Source: an uncultured Fidelibacterota bacterium (GTDB lineage Bacteria; Fidelibacterota; Marinisomatia; Marinisomatales; Marinisomataceae). From it: 64,000 nucleotides of DNA. The stretch is from NCBI GenBank assembly GCA_902575395.1, contig CACGRA010000002.1, positions 13,613 to 77,612 of the forward strand, given 5' to 3'. Position numbers and translations under genes: made by a program. Below are positions 31,329-37,627 of this stretch, one piece after another. The notes below the pieces were generated by a model, which saw nothing but the letters and a program-made list of their open reading frames with translations, was not told where the DNA came from and did not search any database. The first letter of the stretch is position 1, and each line of letters begins with the position of its first letter.

Positions 31329-32052
31329 AAAAATTTTATTAATAATATTTTTAATTGCAGCTTGTAATCAGACTGATTCTAGCGATGAAGATGTACCTCT
31401 TTCTACATTTAAAGACTCTCTTAGTTATTCTATGGGAATTAATATAGGAAAAAATTTACCACCTTATGCTGATGTTGATAAAGATTTAGTAAAAAAAGGA
31501 CTAGATGATTTCTTTGAAGATAATGAACCATTGTTAGATGCGGCTGAGAGGCAACAAATCTTAAGAGAATTCAATGTTTCAATGGCTGAACTTGAAAGAG
31601 ATGAGATGAGAGCGCAAGGAGAAGAATATCAGCAATTATCAAGAGAAAATAAAATAGCAGGTCAAGAATTTCTTGATCAAAATAAAACCAAAGAAGGTGT
31701 TTTGGTAAGAAGAAGTAATCTTCAATTTAAAGAGATTGTAAGAGGAACAGGTATAGTTCCAGATTATGACGATGTAGTCACTGTTCATTATACTGGTTAC
31801 CTTGTTGATGGCCATAAATTTGATAGCAGTTATGATCGCGGTGAGCCTGCTATATTTCCAGTGAAAGGAGTCATTCCTGGATGGACCGAAATATTACAGA
31901 TTATGCCTGTTGGTTCTAAGTGGGAAGTTTACATTCCATATAATTTAGCATATGGTGAAAGGGGAATACAAGGACCAGAAAAAGGCACTTATGTTATTCC
32001 ACCTTCAGCAACACTAATTTTTGAAATTGAATTGCTTGGAATTTCTGATTAA
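31318..32052 (+). CDS. FKBP-type peptidyl-prolyl isomerase lipoprotein (Mip/FkpA-like)
   Basis: LIAAC lipobox, N-terminal helical domain and an FKBP core (VTVHYTGYLVDGHKFDSSYDRGEP...IPGW). Confidence 0.85.
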   Translation: MDVRKILLIIFLIAACNQTDSSDEDVPLSTFKDSLSYSMGINIGKNLPPYADVDKDLVKKGLDDFFEDNEPLLDAAERQQILREFNVSMAELERDEMRAQGEEYQQLSRENKIAGQEFLDQNKTKEGVLVRRSNLQFKEIVRGTGIVPDYDDVVTVHYTGYLVDGHKFDSSYDRGEPAIFPVKGVIPGWTEILQIMPVGSKWEVYIPYNLAYGERGIQGPEKGTYVIPPSATLIFEIELLGISD

Positions 32053-32064
32053 ATCTTATTTATT

Positions 32065-33027
32065 ATGAGATTTTATCCCACTTTTTATTTCAAGATAGTA
32101 TCAATTTTTATCATTCTTTTCTTATTCTCTAGCTGTGAGAATAATAAAAAATTTATTGTATCTGATGCTTTATTTTATACTGATTCCAAACCAGAATCAG
32201 CGATTGATAGCATTGGATTTCTTTTTAGAAAACATGTAATAGTTGTTACAGGTAAAGAAGCTAATCAATTGTATGTTTATAATGCAATGGATGGTGAATT
32301 GCAAAAGACTATTGATCGCGAGAATGCATACCCTAATGGTGTTACAATAGTTAATGATGAACTTGTATTGGTTACAGAGCGAGATATGCGTCATGTAGCT
32401 GTTTTTAATGCATCAATGGATTTTCTTGGCACATTTGGTTCAGATATTTTACGTCAACCTTATGGAATTACAAATTATAAACAAGAAGATGGTAGTTATA
32501 AAATTTTTGTCACTGATAGTTATGATTATAATCAGCCTCATCAAGATCGAATTATATCATGGGAACTACAACATGATGGAGACAAATTTTCTGTAAGCGA
32601 ACATAGTGTGTTTGGTGAATATACTTTATATCAAGTAGAGAGTATTATGGTTGATAGTCATTACCGCCGCTTATTAGTTGCTGATGAAATGGAAGAACAC
32701 TATAAGATAGCTGTATTGGATTTAGATACTGGTGAACATATGAATTCTACATTAGAAGATTTTAATTTTACTGAAGATCCAGAAGGAATTGCTTTAGTAT
32801 CAACAGGAGATAATACAGGATATTGGATTTGCACTGAACAAAGCAAAAACAATAATCGTTTCCATTTATTTGATAGAGAAAGTTTAGAATATATTGATTC
32901 ATTGTATTTAGAAGATATTCACTACACTGATGGAATTGCTACAGCTTATATGCACGGAAATTGGTATTTATATGCTTCTGATAATGATCATAGAGTAGGA
33001 GCATTTCTTCTACCTGAAATCAATTAG
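32065..33027 (+). CDS. Beta-propeller-phytase-like lipoprotein
   Basis: FSSC lipobox. Block-wise resemblance to Bacillus PhyC-type phytases (LYVYNAMDGEL, PYGITNYKQEDGSYKIFVTD, DPEGIALV, YTDGIA). Catalytic competence has not been assessed. Confidence 0.5.
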   Translation: MRFYPTFYFKIVSIFIILFLFSSCENNKKFIVSDALFYTDSKPESAIDSIGFLFRKHVIVVTGKEANQLYVYNAMDGELQKTIDRENAYPNGVTIVNDELVLVTERDMRHVAVFNASMDFLGTFGSDILRQPYGITNYKQEDGSYKIFVTDSYDYNQPHQDRIISWELQHDGDKFSVSEHSVFGEYTLYQVESIMVDSHYRRLLVADEMEEHYKIAVLDLDTGEHMNSTLEDFNFTEDPEGIALVSTGDNTGYWICTEQSKNNNRFHLFDRESLEYIDSLYLEDIHYTDGIATAYMHGNWYLYASDNDHRVGAFLLPEIN

Positions 33028-33034
33028 AAATAAT

Positions 33035-33847
33035 ATGTTACAATACTTCTTAATGAATGCCTGGAGATTTCCTATTATAAAACGTGCATGGGTATTACCT
33101 AAAATGTCTGCTGATTCTTTCAAACGGGATTTAAACGATAATCGTCCAATTGTTCTTTGTTGTGGAGATAGCATTACTCATGGGCACATAGGATATGATT
33201 GGGTAGGGTCATTGCGAGATAAAGATTCTTCAAAAATATATGTTAATGCTGGGGTAAATGGAGATTTAGCATGGAATCTAAATCAAAGATTGGAAAATGC
33301 CTTACAGTGTAATCCAGACTATATTACCATACTTATTGGCACAAATGATGCTATGGGTAGTCAAAAAATTCAGTTTATTCAAGAATCTTATGTTACAAAC
33401 AAAGAATTACCACAATTACCATCAATAGATTGGTATGAAAAAGAATTAGAATTGATGATTCAATATATACAATCTCATAGTAATGCAAAAATTGCTATTA
33501 GCACTTTACCTTGGGTGGGAGAACATGATTCCCATTCAATTATGGATGTTGTAAGAAATCATAATGTTATCATTAAAAATATAGCTGAAAAATACAATCT
33601 GACATTAATTGATTTATTTGATCATCTAAGTCATATTATTGGAAATAATAGCTCTAGTGCGCCTTATGTAACTACTCAATGGCGTACTATAAGAATTATT
33701 CGTGCAGTTATTTTGCACTATGTTTTTGGTTGGAATTGGGAAAAAATCGGAAAAAAATATGGTTTAAAAACAATGTGTGATCATATCCATTTAAATGAGA
33801 ATGGTGGAATTATTTTAGAAAATCTAATTGAGGAATTTCTCGACTAA
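33035..33847 (+). CDS. SGNH/GDSL-family hydrolase
   Basis: Block I CCGDSITHG, block III GTNDA, block V DHIHLN. The start is ambiguous (internal ATGs exist). Confidence 0.75.
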   Translation: MLQYFLMNAWRFPIIKRAWVLPKMSADSFKRDLNDNRPIVLCCGDSITHGHIGYDWVGSLRDKDSSKIYVNAGVNGDLAWNLNQRLENALQCNPDYITILIGTNDAMGSQKIQFIQESYVTNKELPQLPSIDWYEKELELMIQYIQSHSNAKIAISTLPWVGEHDSHSIMDVVRNHNVIIKNIAEKYNLTLIDLFDHLSHIIGNNSSSAPYVTTQWRTIRIIRAVILHYVFGWNWEKIGKKYGLKTMCDHIHLNENGGIILENLIEEFLD

Positions 33848-33861
33848 AAATACCAATTTTT

Positions 33862-33909
33862 TCGTCGTACCCCGGATAGGATTTGAACCTATGACCTACG
33901 GATTAGAAA
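33862..33909. repeat. 48-bp direct repeat, copy 1 (tRNA-Arg 3' half + trailer)
   Basis: TCGTCGTACCCCGGATAGGATTTGAACCTATGACCTACGGATTAGAAA is identical at 34621-34668. Confidence 0.95.
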
Positions 33910-33922
33910 ATCGTTGGTCTTT
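33862..33922 (-). pseudogene. 3' fragment of tRNA-Arg(UCU) (pseudo-tRNA)
   Basis: 48 nt are identical to the 3' part of the intact tRNA-Arg plus its 6-nt trailer. A further 13 nt match at 9 positions. The acceptor 5' strand is absent. Confidence 0.75.
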
Positions 33923-33964
33923 TGAGGAAAAAATTGAAGGAATATTGATCTTACATAATAAATA

Positions 33965-34471
33965 CTAATCAATTGGCACTGGACCATATTCATTTTCTTC
34001 CAAGTCTCCAGATTGAATCAAAAATATGAGAAAAATAAGTTGTCCAAGATATGGAATAAGATTTAAAATAAGTAACCACCAACCACTCCTACCACAATCG
34101 TGTAATCTTCTTATAGGTATGGAAATAGTATTGTGTATTAAGCATAGAGGAAGTAGTGGTATTAATATAAGGCCGAATGTTAAAGGTACTCCAATCAAAA
34201 CAGTCAAAAAATAATATAATGAAAACATCCAAAATCCTTTTGGACTTTCTCTTGTTTTCCAATCTAAGGTTTGATATCGAAGTTTATATAAAAAATATAT
34301 TTTATATGAACCTATAAGACCGCCTTGTTCTCTTGCTTTATTTTCTCTAGCAAACCTGTCCGATATCTCAATAACTTCATTTGTTTTATCATCAATCCAT
34401 TCACCACAATGTTTACATTTAATAGCTTTTTCTTGGATTTCTTCAGCACAATACGGACATTTTTTTCTCAT
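33965..34471 (-). CDS. Zinc-ribbon + DUF805 membrane protein
   Basis: N-terminal CPYCAEEI...CKHCGEWI. C-terminal DUF805 hallmarks RRLHDCGRSGWW and ENEYGPVP. Three or four TM segments. Confidence 0.75.
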   Translation of the reverse strand: MRKKCPYCAEEIQEKAIKCKHCGEWIDDKTNEVIEISDRFARENKAREQGGLIGSYKIYFLYKLRYQTLDWKTRESPKGFWMFSLYYFLTVLIGVPLTFGLILIPLLPLCLIHNTISIPIRRLHDCGRSGWWLLILNLIPYLGQLIFLIFLIQSGDLEENEYGPVPID

Positions 34472-34556
34472 GAATTAAATATAGAATAATTCTTCTCTAA
34501 TATAAATACTAATCTTCACAACGGATTTTCTAACTGTTGACTGAAGATCAGTGAAT

Positions 34557-34578
34557 TTTTGTAGTAGTTTTGTAGTAG
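34557..34578. repeat. Perfect tandem 11-bp repeat TTTTGTAGTAG x2
   Basis: Read directly from the sequence. Lies 86-107 nt upstream of the minus-strand DUF805 start, next to a TTGACC on the minus strand. Confidence 0.9.
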
Positions 34579-34620
34579 GTCAAAAATAGAGTTTTTAAAA
34601 AGAGTAAAAAGGGGAGTTTG

Positions 34621-34668
34621 TCGTCGTACCCCGGATAGGATTTGAACCTATGACCTACGGATTAGAAA
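34621..34668. repeat. 48-bp direct repeat, copy 2 (inside and behind the intact tRNA-Arg)
   Basis: Identical to 33862-33909. Confidence 0.95.
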
Positions 34669-34700
34669 TCCGTTGCTCTATCCAGCTGAGCTACCGGGGC
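34627..34700 (-). tRNA. tRNA-Arg (anticodon UCU)
   Basis: Reverse complement GCCCCGGTAGCTCAGCTGGATAGAGCAACGGATTTCTAATCCGTAGGTCATAGGTTCAAATCCTATCCGGGGTA. Anticodon loop TTTCTAA. CCA is not encoded. Confidence 0.9.
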
Positions 34701-34822
34701 ATACATAACAGCAAGAAATTTAATCAAAATAATCATATTGTTTGGAGAATTTTTATATTATTTAGCGACGAGCCTCCGACGAGAAAATTCTTGCTATAGT
34801 TCAAGTTTAGCTGTAGACTTAT

Positions 34823-34851
34823 TTGATGCAGTCAAAAATTGCGTTTTTAAT
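34823..34851 (+). promoter_or_regulatory. Possible sigma-70-type promoter (TTGATG-N17-TTTAAT) for the small repeat protein
   Basis: The hexamers and spacing were read directly. AT-rich DNA yields such matches easily. Confidence 0.25.
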
Positions 34852-34872
34852 TCAATATTAAGGAGAAAAAAC

Positions 34873-35100
34873 ATGGCTGAAAAAGTAAAGACAACTGGCG
34901 TTTCAAAAGAAAGCGGATACCTATATTACCTTGGTAAAGATGGTAACGTATGGCGTTCAGGTATGTCAAGAGGCGGTAAAGGTGGCGGAAACGCTGAAAA
35001 AGTTGCTGACGCAGGTGTATCACGTGAAAGTGGCTATTTATACTTTATTGATAAAGACGGTGACGTCTCTCGTGCGCCTATGGCTAGAGGTAGAAAATAA
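34873..35100 (+). CDS. Small basic protein made of two tandem ~30-aa repeats
   Basis: AAGGAG 7 nt before ATG 34873; the track's TTG at 34738 looks like a non-coding extension. Repeats GVSKESGYLYYLGKDGNVWRSGMSRGGKG and GVSRESGYLYFIDKDGDVSRAPMARGRK. A strong terminator follows. Confidence 0.6.
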   Translation: MAEKVKTTGVSKESGYLYYLGKDGNVWRSGMSRGGKGGGNAEKVADAGVSRESGYLYFIDKDGDVSRAPMARGRK

Positions 35101-35131
35101 TCATAAGTTTTCTACTTTGATCACAATAAAT

Positions 35132-35163
35132 AAAAAGGGGCAATTAAATTGCCCCTTTTTTTT
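35132..35163. terminator. Bidirectional rho-independent terminator
   Basis: 8-bp stem GGGGCAAT/ATTGCCCC, loop TAA, flanked by AAAAA and TTTTTTTT. Lies between convergent genes. Confidence 0.75.
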
Positions 35164-35181
35164 ATAGAATTATTTTTTTTA

Positions 35182-35799
35182 TTAAAAAGGAGTTTTATCT
35201 CCAGATACCATTCCACTAGAAACAATCATCTGGAATCCTTCTTCAACGTTAATATCAGTCTCTTTAACGTCATCAATAGGTATTATTAAGAAAAACCCTG
35301 ATGTTGGATTAGGAGTAGTAGGAACAAAGAGATTATAAAATTTTTGATTATTATCATTTTTGGTTTCTTTTGTAACAAAACCCAATGTCCAAACACCTTT
35401 TCTTGGGTATTCAACAAATACTACTTTTGAAAATGAATTTTCTCTTCCACCTGAAAATGATTCTATGATTTGTTTTGTTGTTGTATAAACCATACTTATT
35501 AATGGAATTCGTTTAAATAGATTATCAATCCATTGAACAATTCGTTTTCCTACTACGTTTCTTGCTAAAAATCCAACGATAATTAATGTAGAAAGAACAA
35601 GCAATAATCCACTAACTGACAACAGTAATTCAAATTTTGAAGGAAATTCTTCACCAATCAATTTTGTCAATGGTTCTGCTATTTTTTCGCCTACCGCTAA
35701 CGACATATCAAATAGTGCTCTTAAGACATATACAGTCAGTGCAATTGGTATTATTATGATAATACCCGCAAAAAATGATTTTTTAATTGTTTCTAACAT
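35182..35799 (-). CDS. DUF502-family membrane protein
   Basis: Two N-terminal TM helices and a conserved core (VFVEYPRKGVWTLGFVT, PTTPNPTSGF). Confidence 0.7.
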   Translation of the reverse strand: MLETIKKSFFAGIIIIIPIALTVYVLRALFDMSLAVGEKIAEPLTKLIGEEFPSKFELLLSVSGLLLVLSTLIIVGFLARNVVGKRIVQWIDNLFKRIPLISMVYTTTKQIIESFSGGRENSFSKVVFVEYPRKGVWTLGFVTKETKNDNNQKFYNLFVPTTPNPTSGFFLIIPIDDVKETDINVEEGFQMIVSSGMVSGDKTPF

Positions 35800-35830
35800 T
35801 ATGTAATAATTTAATAAAAATTATAATGTA

Positions 35831-36706
35831 TTACTTCCTATATATAAGCACTGAACCGCTTAGAATAAGAATGGTTCCTATTATTTCTTTTATTGTGAGT
35901 TGTTCATTGAGAAATATCGACCCAGTAATAATTGCTACAATTGGTGGAAATATAGCAACATAGGTTATTTGAGTTATGGTAAGGTGTTGATATAGCCAAA
36001 AATAAATACCCCATGATATTACTCCTCCCATAATAATTAGATATATGGTTGCCATAATCAATTCTTGATTCCAGTTTATATTGTGTGTTTCTTCACCTAC
36101 AAGATAAGATAGAGATAACATTACTACTCCTGTAATAATTTGACATACAGCATTCATCTGATAATGATTAACTGCTTTTTGATTTTTTTTGTAAAGAACG
36201 CTTGGATATGCTGCTGCAAATATAGCAAATATTAAAAATCCAATTCCTAATGATTTATCCATATCTCCACTAAATGAAATAATGAATAATCCTATGAATC
36301 CAGTTGCTAAAGCTATTAATTTATTTTTTGTTAATCTCTCATCTGGATCATGATATATCATAAAATGTGCCATTATACTAGTTATTATAGGGAATAGACC
36401 CCATATAACAGCTGATATACTTGACTCTAATCCTTTAGATATTTCATTATAGGTAATTCCATACGATAGGCTAAAATTTAACAGAGAAAAAGAAAGATAC
36501 ACTTTTACTGATTCTTTATTTATGGGAATAGATTCTCCTCTTAATAGAATTATTAATAAGAATAATAAGCCGGATGGAAGAAATCGTATTCCTACTGCAT
36601 AGATTGGTGGCAACTCATATTCGAAAACACTAACTGTAATAAAATACCATGTTGATCCCCATATTAAACATAGCGCTATGAAAGGGAATAATATCTTTTT
36701 ATTCAT
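35831..36706 (-). CDS. EamA/DMT-family transporter
   Basis: Ten-TM profile with two EamA-like halves. Confidence 0.8.
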   Translation of the reverse strand: MNKKILFPFIALCLIWGSTWYFITVSVFEYELPPIYAVGIRFLPSGLLFLLIILLRGESIPINKESVKVYLSFSLLNFSLSYGITYNEISKGLESSISAVIWGLFPIITSIMAHFMIYHDPDERLTKNKLIALATGFIGLFIISFSGDMDKSLGIGFLIFAIFAAAYPSVLYKKNQKAVNHYQMNAVCQIITGVVMLSLSYLVGEETHNINWNQELIMATIYLIIMGGVISWGIYFWLYQHLTITQITYVAIFPPIVAIITGSIFLNEQLTIKEIIGTILILSGSVLIYRK

Positions 36707-37626
36707 TAATTAGATGATTTGTATATATATGCAAGGAAACCACTAGCAATATATATACTTGAATATGTCCCAATAATTACACCAATCATCATTGTAAATG
36801 CAAAAGGTCTAATAATTTCACCGCCATAAATCAATAGGACAATAATAACAAGTAGAGTTGTCACAGAAGTAATAAGAGTTCTGCTAAGAGATTGATTAAT
36901 ACTCTTATTAATTGTGTTTTCAAACATCAATGTGCCTGAAGATTTCATATTTTCTCTAATTCTATCAAGAATAACAATTGTATCATTTAGTGAGTATCCA
37001 ACAATTGTTAAAAATGCTGCAATAGTACTTAATGTTATTTCATAACCTGTAAGTGAAAAAATTCCTAATGTAATGAGAATATCATGCACAAGAGCAAGAA
37101 TAGCTCCGATTGCAAATCTAAATTCAAAACGAATTGATATATAAAATAAAATAAGAACAAGAGCAGAGATAATTGACCACAAAGCTTTACCGCTTAACTC
37201 AGTGCCAACTTTCGGGCTGACTGCCCCAAGAGATAAAACAAATTCGTTTTTATCTTCTGGTGCTTTATTGTTCATTGTTTCATAAATATTATTTATTACT
37301 CCTTGGCCAAAGTTTTTTGGTTCATTTTCAAATGATTTGATTTTTATCATTACATCACTATTGCTGCCAAAATATTTTACTTCTTCACCGCTTAAATCAA
37401 ATTCATTACCATCAATGGTAATATTTTCAAGTGATGATCTTACTTCTTGAATTGTCACATCTTCAGAGAAGCTTAAGCCAATCATAGTTCCACCTTTAAA
37501 ATCAATGCCAAGATTAATACCAAGCATAAGCATTAGGATTGATCCAATCGCTAATATACCAGAAAATGTAAAACCAGCTTTTTGCAAAGCCATAAAATTA
37601 ATTTTTGTGTTACTTAAAAAGTCCAT
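36706..37626 (-). CDS. secF: Protein translocase subunit SecF
   Basis: GIDFKGGT motif and the C-terminal 6-TM SecD/F fold. Adjacent to secD. Confidence 0.9.
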   Translation of the reverse strand: MDFLSNTKINFMALQKAGFTFSGILAIGSILMLMLGINLGIDFKGGTMIGLSFSEDVTIQEVRSSLENITIDGNEFDLSGEEVKYFGSNSDVMIKIKSFENEPKNFGQGVINNIYETMNNKAPEDKNEFVLSLGAVSPKVGTELSGKALWSIISALVLILFYISIRFEFRFAIGAILALVHDILITLGIFSLTGYEITLSTIAAFLTIVGYSLNDTIVILDRIRENMKSSGTLMFENTINKSINQSLSRTLITSVTTLLVIIVLLIYGGEIIRPFAFTMMIGVIIGTYSSIYIASGFLAYIYKSSN

Positions 37627-37627
37627 A

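Larger units (their letters stand above)
33862..34668. mobile_element. Putative integration scar / minimal tRNA-Arg-associated islet (no integrase)
   Basis: An att-like 48-bp direct repeat ending in the anticodon loop brackets 711 bp that carry a single gene. Confidence 0.3.

Noticed and set aside
33337-33351. Sigma-54-like -24/-12 element TGGCACAAATGATGC
   Set aside because: It is intragenic within the SGNH hydrolase, with nothing downstream to drive before the gene ends. I found no matching element in any real intergenic region.
34738-34872. 45-codon N-terminal extension (TTG start) of the small repeat protein
   Set aside because: The extension covers promoter-like and repeat DNA and has no protein-like features. 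A consensus SD sits directly before ATG 34873.
35016-35031. parS-like sequence TGTATCACGTGAAAGT
   Set aside because: It matches the TGTTTCACGTGAAACA consensus at only 13 of 16 positions. It lies inside a coding repeat 6.7 kb from parAB, and the palindrome is imperfect. It is probably chance.
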